Source: Thermodesulfobacteriota bacterium
GTDB lineage: Bacteria > Desulfobacterota > Desulfobacteria > Desulfobacterales > SURF-7
Direction of reading: 5' to 3'
Length of the DNA stretch: 64,000 nt
Assembly (NCBI GenBank): GCA_049320885.1
Contig: JBMORA010000039.1
Coordinates: 32,288-96,287, forward strand
Of this stretch, positions 1 through 11,228 are shown piece after piece (within the stretch, counting starts at the first letter, position 1; every line of letters starts with the position of its first letter). The translations under genes and the position numbers were made by a program. The notes beneath the pieces are model-generated. The model saw nothing but the letters and a program-made list of their open reading frames with translations. It made no database searches and was not told where the DNA came from.

Positions 1-43
1 GGCCAACGCCAAGGGAATCAAACTGCTGTTGCCCAACGGATAA
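1..43 (+). CDS. rpmI: 50S ribosomal protein L35, 3' end (partial)
   Basis: Frame 2 reads ANAKGIKLLLPNG*, typical of the L35 C-terminus, directly upstream of rplT. Confidence 0.75.
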   Translation, partial: ANAKGIKLLLPNG

Positions 44-131
44 GCCCTAACCGGAGCCCGAAGGCGGTGTTGGACAGCAACGATCCGTTTTGGCAAGAGG
101 GGTCGTTCCGGTTTATGCAAAGGAGAAAGAA

Positions 132-482
132 ATGAGAATAAAAAGAGGATTTAAGGCAAGAAGAAGGCGGGACAAGGTATTGAAGCTGGCCAAGGGGTTC
201 CGCGGCGGCCGAAGCAAACTGTTTCGAACCGCGGCGGATTCCGTCGACAAGGCCTTGACGTATGCGTATCGGGATCGGCGCGTCCGGAAACGGGATTACC
301 GGAAGCTCTGGATCGCCAGAATCAATGCCGCGACCCGAATGAACGATCTGAGCTACAGCAAGTTCATTCATGGATTGAAGCAAGCCAATGTGGAAATCGA
401 TCGAAAGGTGTTGGCGGATCTGGCTGTGTCCGATCCATCCGGATTTTCCAAAATAGTTGAGTTCGCATCCCGGCAGTCGTAA
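132..482 (+). CDS. rplT: 50S ribosomal protein L20
   Basis: MRIKRG...AYRDRR...[19 protein letters not shown] before ATG at 132. Confidence 0.98.
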   Translation: MRIKRGFKARRRRDKVLKLAKGFRGGRSKLFRTAADSVDKALTYAYRDRRVRKRDYRKLWIARINAATRMNDLSYSKFIHGLKQANVEIDRKVLADLAVSDPSGFSKIVEFASRQS

Positions 483-586
483 TGACGGAGCGGCGGCGTT
501 TGTTCAGCAGCGCAGCCGCATGATCCAACGGATCAACAGGCGATACGGGATCGATTCCGGAGCAACCGATACGACGGAAGTATAAC

Positions 587-1609
587 GTGCAAGCGCAAAC
601 ACTGGACAATACGATCGAGCAGATCAGGAACGCGGCTCTGGCGGAACTGAACGCCGCTGCCGATACGGAAGCGGTAAAGGCCGTGGGGGTGCGATACCTG
701 GGCCGTAAGGGTGAGATCACTCAGTTTTTACGGAACATAGCAGCCCTGCCGGAGGCCGAACGACCCGCGGCCGGGAAGGCGGCCAATTCCGTCAAACAGT
801 TGCTGGAAAATCGAATCAATGAAATCCTGGAGCAGTTTGCGGCCAGCCGACGGACCCAGGTGGAAGAAATCGACGTGACCCTGCCCGGCCGGCCGGCGGT
901 GCATGGCTCCCTGCATCCGATTTCCCAGATCAACCAGGAGATCGTCGATATTTTCACCCGGCTGGGATTCGATATCGCCGAGGGCCCGGAAGTCGAAACC
1001 GACTGGTATAATTTCGAGGCGCTCAATTTTCCCAAGAACCATCCGGCCCGGGACATGCAGGACACGTTTTTTGTGTCCACCGATATCGTTTTACGCACGC
1101 ATACATCCCCCCTGCAGGTCCGGATCATGGAGAAACAACCGCCGCCGGTGAGCGTCATCGCTCCCGGGAAGGTCTATCGGTGCGATTCGGATTTGACGCA
1201 TACCCCCATGTTTCATCAGGTGGAAGGCCTGATGGTGGATGAAGGCATCAGTTTCGGGGACTTGAAAGGAATATTGACCGCTTTCGTCCATCAGATGTTT
1301 GATTCCCGGACAGCGCTGCGGTTCCGCCCGAGCTTTTTCCCGTTTACCGAACCAAGCGCGGAGGTGGACATTCTCTGTGTCATGTGCCGCGGAAAAGGAT
1401 GCCGGGTTTGTTCCCAATCCGGCTGGCTGGAAGTATTGGGTTCCGGAATGGTCCATCCGGCCGTATTTGAAAATGTGCGGTATGATACCGGCAAGTACAC
1501 GGGATTCGCGTTCGGTATGGGGGTCGAACGGATTGCCATGCTGAAATATGGAATTGATGATCTGCGCCGATTTTTTGAAAACGATATCCGATTTCTGAGG
1601 CAGTTTTAG
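587..1609 (+). CDS. pheS: Phenylalanine-tRNA ligase alpha subunit
   Basis: HPARDMQDTF, LRTHTS, FHQVEG, FPFTEPS motifs. Confidence 0.98.
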   Translation: MQAQTLDNTIEQIRNAALAELNAAADTEAVKAVGVRYLGRKGEITQFLRNIAALPEAERPAAGKAANSVKQLLENRINEILEQFAASRRTQVEEIDVTLPGRPAVHGSLHPISQINQEIVDIFTRLGFDIAEGPEVETDWYNFEALNFPKNHPARDMQDTFFVSTDIVLRTHTSPLQVRIMEKQPPPVSVIAPGKVYRCDSDLTHTPMFHQVEGLMVDEGISFGDLKGILTAFVHQMFDSRTALRFRPSFFPFTEPSAEVDILCVMCRGKGCRVCSQSGWLEVLGSGMVHPAVFENVRYDTGKYTGFAFGMGVERIAMLKYGIDDLRRFFENDIRFLRQF

Positions 1610-1610
1610 C

Positions 1611-4025
1611 ATGAAGATCAGTTTGAAATGGCTGCAGGAATATGTTTCTGTTGACATGCCGCCGGCGGATTTGGCGGATGCGTTGACCATGATGGGGCTT
1701 GAGGTGGAAAGCGTTGCCGACCGCTATGGTTACCTGGATACGGTGGTTGTCGGCCGCATTACGGAAATCACACCCCATCCGGAAAGCGCCGGACTGAAAA
1801 TCTGCCGCGTGGATACCGGGGCCCAATCCCGAACGGTTGTTTGCGGCGCCCCCAATGCCACCATCGGCCTGATGGCGCCCATGGCCTTGCCGGGCACGGT
1901 GATGCCGGACGGGACCCGCCTTGAAACCCGGATGGTCCGGAATCAGGTTTCGGAAGGTATGCTGTGCAGTGCGGGAGAATTGGGGCTGGGAGCCGATCGT
2001 TCCGGTCTGATGGCGCTGCCCGGATCGACGCCGGCGGGGACGCCCCTGGCAGCCGCCCTGGGATTGGCGGATGCGATTCTGGAGGTGGAACTGACCCCGA
2101 ATCGCGCGGATTGCCTCAGTGTCATGGGCATCGCCCGGGAAGTGGCGGCCATATGCAAGCAACCGCTTCGGTACCCCAAAACGGAAATCCCCTCGAAAAG
2201 AAATGAAATTTCGGACCACGCGGCGGTGACGATCCAGGCCCCCCGGCTATGCCCGCGGTATGCCGCCCGGCTGCTGTTCGACGTAACCGTCGGACCATCT
2301 CCCCTATGGCTCCAGGACCGCCTGATGTCCGTCGGATTGCGGCCGATCAACAATATCGTCGATGTGACCAATTTTGTGATGCTGGAAACAGGTCAGCCCC
2401 TGCATGCCTTTGATTTCGACCGCCTGGATGAAAACCGGATTATTGTCCGGGAGGCGGTCAGCGGGGAGACCTTCGTCACCCTGGACCAGAAGGAGCGGTC
2501 CCTTTCTCCCGGGATGCTGCTGATCTGCGATGGCCGAAAACCCGTTGCCTTGGCGGGTGTCATGGGCGGAATGAATTCCGAAATTCAGCCGGATACCAGG
2601 CGGGTCTTGATCGAAAGCGCCTGTTTTGATCCCGGCTCCATCCGCACGACGGCCAAAAGACTGGGGTTGAATACGGATGCATCCCATCGGTTCGAAAGGG
2701 GTGTTGATCCGGCGGGAACCGTTTCGGCATTGAACCGGGCGGCGCTGATGATGGCCGAGCTGGCCGGCGGCCGGATCGCGGAAGGAGTTATCGATGCCCA
2801 TCCCGGCCAGCGGGAACCATTGGTGATTCATCTGGATGTCCGCCGGACGAACCGGCTTTTGGGGCTGAATCTCCGTCCGCAGGAAATGGCCGACCTGCTA
2901 CGTTCCATCGAATTCAAAATCACGGGTGAGGATGCGGACACCCTGACGGTGATGCCGCCCTCTTTCCGGGTGGATGTTTTCCGGCCTGAGGATTTGGCGG
3001 AGGAAATCGCCCGGCTTTCGGGGTACAACAACATCCCCACGACTTTTCCGCCCATGCTGACCGGCAAACGCAAGACCGACGCCATGATTGCCGTGCGGGA
3101 CAGAATCCGGCGGGTGATGCTCGGGTTCGGTTTTTATGAGGCGATCAATTACAGTTTTGTCAGCCCCAGGGCCTGTGACAATCTGAGACTGGTGGCGGAT
3201 GATCCGCGGCGGTCCGTCGTTTCAATATTGAATCCGCTGACGGAAGAGCAGTCGGTTTTGAGGACTTCGCTGTTGCCGGGGCTGCTGGAAACCATGCAAC
3301 GGAACAATGCCCGGCAAGTCGGCAGTGCCAAACTGTTTGAAACCGGAAAGATTTTCATCCATACCGCTCCGAATCAGCAACCCGTGGAAACGGAAATGCT
3401 GGCGGGTCTTTGGACCGGGCTGCGCAGTCGGTTTTCCTGGCATGACAAGGAACAGCCCTGTGATTTCTATGATATCAAGGGGGTTTTGGAAGGGCTTGGC
3501 GACTCCCTGGGAATTCCCGGTCTGGTGTTTGCGACCATACCCGCTGACGCTTGCCGGTATACCAGGCCCGGGGTCGGAGCGGCCGTTTCAGTGGCCGGGG
3601 AAGCCATCGGTATCATCGGGGAAACCCACCCGGACGTGCTGGCCAATTTCGGCCTGAAGCAGACCGCCTTCTTTTTCGAAATCAGCCTGCCGGTGCTGGC
3701 ACGGCATATACCGACGGCCAAAAACAGCCGGCAGTTACCGAAATATCCATCCGTATCCCGGGACCTGACGCTGATCATCGACAAGCGGATCGCGGCTGTC
3801 GATATTCTGTCGAAAATCGAAAGCGCCGAACAACAGCTGGTGGAGGATATCATCCTCTTTGACGTATATGAAGGCCGTCCGATTCCCGACGACAAAAAAA
3901 GCATTTCCATCCGGTTGGTATATCGTTCGGCGGAAATGACCCTGGAAGACGATCTGGTGAATCGGGTTCATGGCGACATCACCCGGAATCTATTGGCGGC
4001 TTTTCACGCCGCCTTGCCGGCCTGA
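1611..4025 (+). CDS. pheT: Phenylalanine-tRNA ligase beta subunit
   Basis: VCGAPN, TPNRADCLS, RFERGVD, C-terminal FDX-ACB domain; follows pheS. Confidence 0.98.
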   Translation: MKISLKWLQEYVSVDMPPADLADALTMMGLEVESVADRYGYLDTVVVGRITEITPHPESAGLKICRVDTGAQSRTVVCGAPNATIGLMAPMALPGTVMPDGTRLETRMVRNQVSEGMLCSAGELGLGADRSGLMALPGSTPAGTPLAAALGLADAILEVELTPNRADCLSVMGIAREVAAICKQPLRYPKTEIPSKRNEISDHAAVTIQAPRLCPRYAARLLFDVTVGPSPLWLQDRLMSVGLRPINNIVDVTNFVMLETGQPLHAFDFDRLDENRIIVREAVSGETFVTLDQKERSLSPGMLLICDGRKPVALAGVMGGMNSEIQPDTRRVLIESACFDPGSIRTTAKRLGLNTDASHRFERGVDPAGTVSALNRAALMMAELAGGRIAEGVIDAHPGQREPLVIHLDVRRTNRLLGLNLRPQEMADLLRSIEFKITGEDADTLTVMPPSFRVDVFRPEDLAEEIARLSGYNNIPTTFPPMLTGKRKTDAMIAVRDRIRRVMLGFGFYEAINYSFVSPRACDNLRLVADDPRRSVVSILNPLTEEQSVLRTSLLPGLLETMQRNNARQVGSAKLFETGKIFIHTAPNQQPVETEMLAGLWTGLRSRFSWHDKEQPCDFYDIKGVLEGLGDSLGIPGLVFATIPADACRYTRPGVGAAVSVAGEAIGIIGETHPDVLANFGLKQTAFFFEISLPVLARHIPTAKNSRQLPKYPSVSRDLTLIIDKRIAAVDILSKIESAEQQLVEDIILFDVYEGRPIPDDKKSISIRLVYRSAEMTLEDDLVNRVHGDITRNLLAAFHAALPA

Positions 4026-4052
4026 CGGCAAAACAGCGGCTAACGGTGGAGT

Positions 4053-4415
4053 TTGGACTTGTCGACGGAAGATCTGAAAACGGGAAAGGATATACCGGAT
4101 AAGCGGTATTTCCGGATCGGCGAGGTCAGTGCGTTGACCGGACTGGAATCATACGTGCTCCGCTTTTGGGAGACGGAGTTCAAAGGGATCAGCCCCAAGC
4201 GGACGGAATCGGGCCAGCGCCTCTACCGGCGGTCGGATGTGGAACTGATCCATAAGATCAAACACCTGCTCCACGAAAAAAAATTTACCATCCAGGGGGC
4301 GAAACAATATTTGAACGCCAGCCCGAAAAAGGACCGCAACTCCGTTTTGACCATCGATGAAATCCGTTCGGAACTGTTGGTGATCCGGGAAATCCTGTCC
4401 CTGGATGCCGGATAA
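4053..4415 (+). CDS. MerR-family transcriptional regulator
   Basis: IPDKRYFRIGEVS...VLRFWETEF HTH; conserved position after pheT; TTG start uncertain. Confidence 0.9.
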   Translation: MDLSTEDLKTGKDIPDKRYFRIGEVSALTGLESYVLRFWETEFKGISPKRTESGQRLYRRSDVELIHKIKHLLHEKKFTIQGAKQYLNASPKKDRNSVLTIDEIRSELLVIREILSLDAG

Positions 4416-4504
4416 GCGGACGGGATAATTTTTCCAGCCCCCGCAATAAAGTTCCTTATTGACAAATCCCCTATTTTATCATAAATAATGCACCGCTTTG
4501 ATAT

Positions 4505-4580
4505 GCGGGCATAGCTCAGTTGGTAGAGTACAAGCTTCCCAAGCTTGGTGTCGCGAGTTCGAATCTCGTTGCCCGCTCCA
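4505..4580 (+). tRNA. tRNA-Gly (anticodon CCC)
   Basis: 76-nt cloverleaf: GCGGGCA/TGCCCGC acceptor stem, anticodon arm CAAGC-TTCCCAA-GCTTG, GTTCGAATC T-loop, encoded CCA. Confidence 0.97.
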
Positions 4581-4719
4581 GAAAAGCCTGCCTTTTCCAG
4601 ATGTCTTTTGAAAAAGGGTAGTACTTTATTTTTGCTGTAATCAATGGATTTTTTCTATGGTTCATGCATAAGTAGATAAAGTTTTCTATTAGGCACCAGA
4701 AAGTCTACCTGATCGTCGG

Positions 4720-4747
4720 AAACGGGCAATTGCCCGTTTTTGTTTTT
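4720..4747 (+). promoter_or_regulatory. rimP-operon leader hairpin/attenuator
   Basis: Perfect palindrome AAACGGGCAATTGCCCGTTT followed by a T-rich tract just upstream of rimP; GGGC/GCCC-core hairpins are typical at this position. Confidence 0.6.
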
Positions 4748-4762
4748 AAGAAAGGCAAGCGG

Positions 4763-5317
4763 ATGGCACTGAAGAGACAGAACAGGAAAAAGACGCCGAA
4801 AGAAGAGCAACCGCCGGCCGCGGATTCTGTCAAGCCCATTCTTCCGGCCAAGGCGGTGGTGGACCGGGCTACGGAAATTGCCGCGCCATTGTGCGCGTCC
4901 CAGGGGATTGAATTGGTGCATGTGGAATATCGCCATGAGTCTCAAGGGCAGATGTTGCGCGTCTATATTGATAAGCCCGGCGGCGTCAAACTGGACGATT
5001 GCGTCCGGGTGAGCCGGGAGCTGGGGGATTCCCTGGATGTTCACCTGGAAACCGGCATCCCGTACCATCTGGAGGTTTCATCCCCGGGAACGGATCGCCC
5101 GCTGGTGAAGGAAAGTGATTATGAACGATTCAAAGGCGAGGTCGCTATGATCAGAACCACAAAACCGCTCGAGGGGCGGAAAAATTTCAAAGGCGTCCTG
5201 TTGGGGATTACGGAAGGAGAGGTGCAAGTGGACCTGGGGAATCAGATCGTTTCCATTCCTCATCGGGATATAACCAGAGGAAGGCTCGTTACTTATTACG
5301 GAGACAAACGATGCTAA
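4763..5317 (+). CDS. rimP: Ribosome maturation factor RimP
   Basis: LRVYIDKPGGV, DDC, YHLEVSSPG.DRPL. Confidence 0.96.
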   Translation: MALKRQNRKKTPKEEQPPAADSVKPILPAKAVVDRATEIAAPLCASQGIELVHVEYRHESQGQMLRVYIDKPGGVKLDDCVRVSRELGDSLDVHLETGIPYHLEVSSPGTDRPLVKESDYERFKGEVAMIRTTKPLEGRKNFKGVLLGITEGEVQVDLGNQIVSIPHRDITRGRLVTYYGDKRC

Positions 5318-6726
5318 TGTCAGATATCAAACGCGTTATAGACCAGGTTAGCCGGGACAAAGGCATCCAGCCCGCTGTTTTAATGAAGACCCTCGAGGAG
5401 GCCCTGAAATCGGCGGCCAGAAAGAAATTCGGCAATAAGGTCGAGATTGAGGCCAATTACAATGAAGAAACCGGCGACATTGAAATTTTCCAATTCAAGG
5501 AAGTCGTAGAAAACATAACGGATCCGGATCTTCAAATTACCTTGAAGGAAGGCAGGAAGCTGGATCCGGAATGCCAGATCGGAGACAGCCTCGGGACGAA
5601 AATGGATGCGAAGACCTTCGGCCGCATAGCCGCCCAATCCGCCAAGCAGGTGATCATCCAGAAGATGAAAGATGCGGAGCGGGAGGCTGTGTACTCCGGC
5701 TTCATAAACCGTAAGGGAGAAATCATCAACGGTATCGTCCAGCGCTTCGACCGGATGGATATCATCGTCAATGTGGGAACCACCGAGGCCGTTCTGCCCC
5801 AGCGGGAGCAGATTCCAAGAGAGACCTACCGCCGTGGCGACCGCATTCGGGCCAACATCATGAAGGTGCTGGGAGAATCCAGAGGGCCCCAAATTGTTCT
5901 TTCCAGAACGCATCCGGACTTTCTCATCAACCTGTTTAAAACCGAGGTTCCGGAAATCAGCGAAAGCATAGTACAAATCGTCGCCGCCGCCCGGGAGCCC
6001 GGAAGCCGCGCCAAAATCGCCGTCAGTTCCATCGATTCGGATATCGATCCCGTGGGCGCCTGTGTCGGTATGAAGGGCAGCCGTGTTCAAAATGTCGTGC
6101 AGGAACTGAAAGGTGAAAAAATCGACATCATTCCCTGGCATGTGGATCCGGCCAAATTCGTATGCAACGCGCTGTCTCCGGCGGAGATCTCGCGGGTGAT
6201 CATCGATGAGGAAGACAAAGCCATGGAGGTCATCGTGCCCGACGAATTTCTTTCCGTGGCCATCGGGAAACGCGGCCAGAACGTGCGTTTGGCTTCCAAG
6301 CTGACCGGCTGGCATCTGGATGTGCAGAGCGAGTCGGCTTACAGCCAGGCCATGAAGCAGGGTTATGACTCCCTGCTGGAAGTGCCGGGAGTGAATATCG
6401 GTCTAGCGGATGTATTGTACGAGAAGGGATACTATTCCGCCGAGGAACTCAGCCGCGCCGGTCAGAAGGATTTGGTTCAGATTCGGGACATCGATGAAGA
6501 AAAAGCGGCGCTGCTGATTAAAAATGCAAAGCTGATCGTATCCGCCAAGCAGGCGAAAGCCCATGCGGAAAGCGAATCGGTTCCTGCCGCGGAAATATCC
6601 ACGGACGCGAGTGCAGATAAGGGCGTGGATGACGTTCCTGTAAAAGAGAGCTCAGCGCCGGACGCCGCCGCGGCGGGAACAGGCGCGACCGACTCCGTGG
6701 AGGCTATGGATTCAGAGGCGAAGTAA
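5311..6726 (+). CDS. nusA: Transcription termination factor NusA
   Basis: [37 protein letters not shown]. Confidence 0.98.
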   Translation: MLMSDIKRVIDQVSRDKGIQPAVLMKTLEEALKSAARKKFGNKVEIEANYNEETGDIEIFQFKEVVENITDPDLQITLKEGRKLDPECQIGDSLGTKMDAKTFGRIAAQSAKQVIIQKMKDAEREAVYSGFINRKGEIINGIVQRFDRMDIIVNVGTTEAVLPQREQIPRETYRRGDRIRANIMKVLGESRGPQIVLSRTHPDFLINLFKTEVPEISESIVQIVAAAREPGSRAKIAVSSIDSDIDPVGACVGMKGSRVQNVVQELKGEKIDIIPWHVDPAKFVCNALSPAEISRVIIDEEDKAMEVIVPDEFLSVAIGKRGQNVRLASKLTGWHLDVQSESAYSQAMKQGYDSLLEVPGVNIGLADVLYEKGYYSAEELSRAGQKDLVQIRDIDEEKAALLIKNAKLIVSAKQAKAHAESESVPAAEISTDASADKGVDDVPVKESSAPDAAAAGTGATDSVEAMDSEAK

Positions 6727-6849
6727 CGTTGCCGGTCTTTCGATCGCCCCATCAACGGGAATGGACACCCGGATGGCGCGAAAAGGACAGGATATCAGAG
6801 GGCACCAGCCGAGGGCGGCCCGTCGTGATCGTGTGCTAAAGGGGGATGA

Positions 6850-9582
6850 ATGGCAAAAATCAGAGTGTATGAACTTGCCAGAGATCTGAATATGACGAAC
6901 AAAATGCTGCTGGACAAAATTCAGGCCATGAATCTGGATGTGAAAAGTCATATGAGTTCTTTGGAAGATGAAATGGTGAGTCATATCAAGGCCCACGTTC
7001 TTGGAAAGAAAAAGAGCGAACTGGAGGAAAAGCGAGTTCAGCCGACGATCATCAGAAGGCGGAAAATCGCCGTTCCGGAACCCCCCCCACTTCCCACGCC
7101 GGAGCCTGTGGAATCCACGGAGGTTGAAGAAAAAGCGGCAGAACCGCAGGTTGATAGCGAAGAGATTCCCATCGCAAGGCCTCCCGAGATGGAGGAGCCC
7201 CCCGCCCCCGAGCCGGTTATGGCGCCTGAAATCGGGGAACCTGTGGAGCAGCCGGTGGACATCAGAACGGCAAAGCCGGATCAGGTGCCGGTCGAAGTTA
7301 CGCCGGAGGAAGCCGTTGAACCGGAGAGCGACCTGACTCCCGTGGAAGAAGCCATCCCCCTGCCCGTGGTTGAGGAAGGCAAGGAAGAGCGCCCGGAAAA
7401 ACCGCCAAAAAAAGGCAAGAAACAATCCGCCGCCAAGATTATCAGTCTGCCGGACAGAATTCCGGCCCCGTTGTCCGAACCGAATCTTGTCGCGACGGTT
7501 GATCTGCTGCAACCGGCGGCGATACCTGCGTCCGTGGAGCAGGAGGCAAAGGCCGCCGGCGTGGATGAAGCCGAGGACCTTGACGACAAGCGCGGCAAAA
7601 AGAAGAAAAAGCCGGCGGAGCTGGAGAAGGAGAAAGAAAAGGAAAAGGAAAAGGAGAAAGAAAAGGACAAACGGTTTTTCAAAAAGAAGATCTCCTTTAA
7701 GAAAAAATCCATCATCGAAGGCAAGGAACTGTATGACGACGAACTGGTGCGCGGCCGCAAAGGGAAAAAGGCGGCCAAAACCAAGGCTCCCGTCGGCCAG
7801 AAAACCCAAATTACGGTGCCCAAGGCCATTAAACGCCGCATCAAAATCGATGACGCCATCGTCTTGTCCGATCTGTCCAAGCGCATGGGCATAAAGGCCA
7901 GTGAAATGATACAGAAATTGATGGGGTTGGGCGTGATGGCCACCGTCAATCAGACCATAGACTACGACACGGCCGCGCTTGTTGCCGCTGAATTCGGGTA
8001 CGAAACGGAACGGGCCGGTTTTGAGGAAGCGGAGATACTAGGCGTGCAGGAAGACAAACCGGAAGAACTGATCAAAAGGCCCCCCGTGGTGACGATCATG
8101 GGGCATGTCGACCACGGCAAGACCTCTTTGCTGGATGTCATCCGCAAATCCAGTATCACGGCCGATGAGGCGGGGGGCATCACCCAGCATATCGGCGCCT
8201 ATAATGTCCAGACCGACAGGGGGTTGATTTCCTTTTTGGATACACCCGGACATGAGGCGTTTACGGCCATGCGCTCCCGCGGAGCCCAGGTGACCGACAT
8301 CGTTATTCTCGTTGTCGCCGCCGATGACGGCGTCATGCCGCAAACCGTGGAAGCCATCAACCATGCCAAGGCCGCCAATGTTCCGATCATCGTGGCGGTG
8401 AATAAAATCGACAAGCCGGATGCGGAACCGGAACGTGTCAAACGGGAGCTTTCCGAGCACAATGTGCTGTCCGAGGAATGGGGCGGTGAAACGATTTTCG
8501 TGAATGTGTCGGCCAAGCAGAACATCGGAATCGATGATCTCCTCGACATGGTTCTGCTTCAGGCGGAAATGATGGAACTCAAGGCCAATCCCTACAAGCT
8601 CGCCAGAGGGCATGTCATCGAGGCGAAACTGGATTCCGGCCGGGGACCGGTCGCCACGATTTTGGTCAAGGAAGGAACCTTGCGTGCGGGTGATTCCGTG
8701 GTTTGCGGTATTCACTACGGCAAGGTCAGGGCCATGCTGAACGATAAGGGGCAGCCCATGGACAGTGCCGGGCCTTCGATCCCCGTGGAAGTGCTGGGAT
8801 TGAACGGCGTACCGAGCGCCGGCGATGAAATGGTCACCCTCGAGGACGAAAAGAACGCCAAGCAGGTCAGCATGCATCGGCAGCAGAAACAACGGGCCAA
8901 GGATCTCGCCAAATCGAGCCGTCTGAGCCTTGAGGGACTGTTCGAAAAGCTGGAGGAGGGCGAAGTCAAGGAACTGAACCTGATCCTGAAGGCGGATGTC
9001 CAGGGCAGTATCGAGGCCCTGAAGGATTCGTTGATCAAGTTGAGCAGCAATGAAGTGAAAATCAACGTGGTGCATGCCGCCACCGGAACCGTGACCGAAT
9101 CGGATGTTTCCCTGGCGACGGTTTTGAACGCGATCATCGTGGGATTCAACGTGCGCCCCCCCGCCAAGGTTCAAGAAATGGCCGCCGAGGAGCACGTGGA
9201 TATGCGCTTCTACAATATCATCTACAATGCCATCAAGGACATCAAGGATGCCATGGTCGGCATGATGGATTCAAAGTTTGTGGAGCGTGTTCTCGGCCGC
9301 GCCGAGATTCGGGAAGTTTTCATGATCCCGAAAATCGGAGCCATCGCCGGTTCCTATGTCACGGAGGGGAAAATCGAGCGGAACCAGCGCGTGCGGCTGC
9401 TTCGCGAGGGGGTGGTCGTTTATGACGGCAAGATTTCCTCACTCCGCAGGTTCAAGGACGACGCCAAGGAAGTCATGGCGGGCTACGAATGCGGCATCGG
9501 CATTGAAAATTTCAACGACCTGAAGCTGGGCGATGAAATTGAATGCTATTACCTTGAAGAAATCAAGCCGACCATGGAGTAG
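6850..9582 (+). CDS. infB: Translation initiation factor IF-2
   Basis: RVYELA N-terminus; [20 protein letters not shown] GTPase motifs. Confidence 0.99.
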   Translation: MAKIRVYELARDLNMTNKMLLDKIQAMNLDVKSHMSSLEDEMVSHIKAHVLGKKKSELEEKRVQPTIIRRRKIAVPEPPPLPTPEPVESTEVEEKAAEPQVDSEEIPIARPPEMEEPPAPEPVMAPEIGEPVEQPVDIRTAKPDQVPVEVTPEEAVEPESDLTPVEEAIPLPVVEEGKEERPEKPPKKGKKQSAAKIISLPDRIPAPLSEPNLVATVDLLQPAAIPASVEQEAKAAGVDEAEDLDDKRGKKKKKPAELEKEKEKEKEKEKEKDKRFFKKKISFKKKSIIEGKELYDDELVRGRKGKKAAKTKAPVGQKTQITVPKAIKRRIKIDDAIVLSDLSKRMGIKASEMIQKLMGLGVMATVNQTIDYDTAALVAAEFGYETERAGFEEAEILGVQEDKPEELIKRPPVVTIMGHVDHGKTSLLDVIRKSSITADEAGGITQHIGAYNVQTDRGLISFLDTPGHEAFTAMRSRGAQVTDIVILVVAADDGVMPQTVEAINHAKAANVPIIVAVNKIDKPDAEPERVKRELSEHNVLSEEWGGETIFVNVSAKQNIGIDDLLDMVLLQAEMMELKANPYKLARGHVIEAKLDSGRGPVATILVKEGTLRAGDSVVCGIHYGKVRAMLNDKGQPMDSAGPSIPVEVLGLNGVPSAGDEMVTLEDEKNAKQVSMHRQQKQRAKDLAKSSRLSLEGLFEKLEEGEVKELNLILKADVQGSIEALKDSLIKLSSNEVKINVVHAATGTVTESDVSLATVLNAIIVGFNVRPPAKVQEMAAEEHVDMRFYNIIYNAIKDIKDAMVGMMDSKFVERVLGRAEIREVFMIPKIGAIAGSYVTEGKIERNQRVRLLREGVVVYDGKISSLRRFKDDAKEVMAGYECGIGIENFNDLKLGDEIECYYLEEIKPTME
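7624..7665 (+). repeat. In-frame GARAAR hexamer repeat encoding (EK)7 in the IF-2 linker
   Basis: gagaag gagaaa gaaaag gaaaag gaaaag gagaaa gaaaag. Confidence 0.85.
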
Positions 9583-9590
9583 GGATCGGT

Positions 9591-9878
9591 ATGGTTGTCG
9601 GAGTCGGTATCATCAGATTCAGGTTGCATGATTGCCACAGCTTGAAGGGCAAGCGCAAGATCGTCAAGGCGATCATCGCGCGGCTGCGCAACAACTTCAA
9701 CGCCTCGGTGGCGGAAACCGATTGGAACGATGTCCATCAGAAGGCGGAAATCGGTTTCTCCCTGGCCGGCAACGACCGGATTCTGATCAATTCGAAGATC
9801 GATAAAATGTTCAATATGGCCGAGGAGATGGGACTGGCTGAAATAATTGACACGGAGATGGAGCTCATCAATTTATGA
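9591..9878 (+). CDS. DUF503 (YlxP-like) protein
   Basis: SLKGKRKIVK...FNASVAE; conserved position between infB and rbfA. Confidence 0.9.
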   Translation: MVVGVGIIRFRLHDCHSLKGKRKIVKAIIARLRNNFNASVAETDWNDVHQKAEIGFSLAGNDRILINSKIDKMFNMAEEMGLAEIIDTEMELINL

Positions 9879-10264
9879 AGCCCTTTTCGAGAGCCGACCG
9901 CGTCAGCGGCCAGATACGGAAAAAGCTTTCCGAGTTATTGTATAAGGAAATCAAAGATCCCCGCTTGGAGGGGGTGGTGATCAGCGGTGTGAAAATGTCC
10001 CGGGATTTGAAATTGGCGACGATTTATTTCACGAAGCCCCATCCCGTCTCCGCGGACGATGTCCGATACAGGGAAGAGGCCGCGGAAGGCTTTCAAAGCG
10101 CCCTGAATTTCATCAAGCGAACCCTTGCACAAAGTCTGGGGTTGCGCTATATGCCGGACTTCAAATTTCACTATGATGAATCGTTTGAATACGGGGCGCG
10201 GATCGAATCCCTGTTGAAGACCTTGCAACAAGAAAAAAATGGACCAGATAATTCAACATCTTGA
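9875..10264 (+). CDS. rbfA: 30S ribosome-binding factor A
   Basis: RADRVS...IKDPRL...MSRDL...LRYMP.F.F.YD.S. Confidence 0.96.
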   Translation: MKPFSRADRVSGQIRKKLSELLYKEIKDPRLEGVVISGVKMSRDLKLATIYFTKPHPVSADDVRYREEAAEGFQSALNFIKRTLAQSLGLRYMPDFKFHYDESFEYGARIESLLKTLQQEKNGPDNSTS

Positions 10265-11213
10265 TCAGTCCCGGCGCGTGCTGGTGACATCTCATATACA
10301 ACCCGACGGCGATGCCCTGGGTTCTCAGCTGGCCATGGGGCTGGCGCTGACCGCCCGGAACAAGACGGTTACCTTTTTCAATGAAACCGAAACGCCGAGA
10401 ATGTATTGTTTTCTGCCGGCGGTGGATCGGGTCGTGCACCATCTGGACAGTGTCGACGAATTTGACACGGCGGTGGTTTTGGACTGCGGCGACCTGCGGC
10501 GGGTAGGAGAAAATGCCGCGTTTGTCGAACGGGTTCCAACTATTATCAATATCGACCACCATTTGACCAATACCCGTTTCGGCCGTTTCCAGCTGGTGGA
10601 TCCGTCCGCCTGCGCCACAGCGGAGATCGTTTACCGGCTTATCAAGGCCATGGACATTCCGTTGACCAAGGCCATGGCGTTCGGCATCTATACCGGCATC
10701 ATGACGGACACGGGGTCTTTCCGTTTTTCCAACACCAACCAGGAGGCCTTCGGCATATGCGAGGAGATGGTGGGCCTGGGGGTCGATCCCAATCTGGTGG
10801 CCAATCACGTGTACATCACGTATTCCCTGAGCCGCATCAAGCTGCTGAATCTGGTGCTGGAATCCATCGAGGTTTCGGAAAACGGAAAGCTCTCCATGAT
10901 GTCACTGACCCAGGAAATGCTGGAAAAAACCGGTACGAAGCCCGAAGATATCGGACGTCTGATCAATTACGCCCGGCACATCGAGGACGTCAAAGTCGCC
11001 GCGCTGATTTTTGAAAGCAAGAACGGGAGCGGCAATACCGCCAAGGGTCTTGGCCATTTTCATGTCAGCCTGCGATCGAACGGGAGCGTGGATGTGGCGG
11101 AAATCGCCTCCCGATACGGCGGGGGCGGGCATGTAACGGCCGCCGGTTTCAATATAACGGCGAGTCTGGATGATGTAAAGGCGAGAATTTTGAGTCTGGC
11201 GGACCAGCTGTGA
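10239..11213 (+). CDS. DHH/DHHA1 phosphoesterase (NrnA-like)
   Basis: H..PDGDALGS, NIDHH, TDTGSF, GGGH..AAG. Confidence 0.94.
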   Translation: MDQIIQHLDQSRRVLVTSHIQPDGDALGSQLAMGLALTARNKTVTFFNETETPRMYCFLPAVDRVVHHLDSVDEFDTAVVLDCGDLRRVGENAAFVERVPTIINIDHHLTNTRFGRFQLVDPSACATAEIVYRLIKAMDIPLTKAMAFGIYTGIMTDTGSFRFSNTNQEAFGICEEMVGLGVDPNLVANHVYITYSLSRIKLLNLVLESIEVSENGKLSMMSLTQEMLEKTGTKPEDIGRLINYARHIEDVKVAALIFESKNGSGNTAKGLGHFHVSLRSNGSVDVAEIASRYGGGGHVTAAGFNITASLDDVKARILSLADQL

Positions 11214-11228
11214 TCCGGAAGCGATGCC

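Noticed and set aside
4505..4580. tRNA-Gly as an integration site
   Set aside because: No integrase, no duplicated tRNA 3' end seen, and core genes lie on both sides
7081..7088. C8 homopolymer in infB as a phase-variation tract
   Set aside because: In frame, encodes a Pro run in an essential gene's linker
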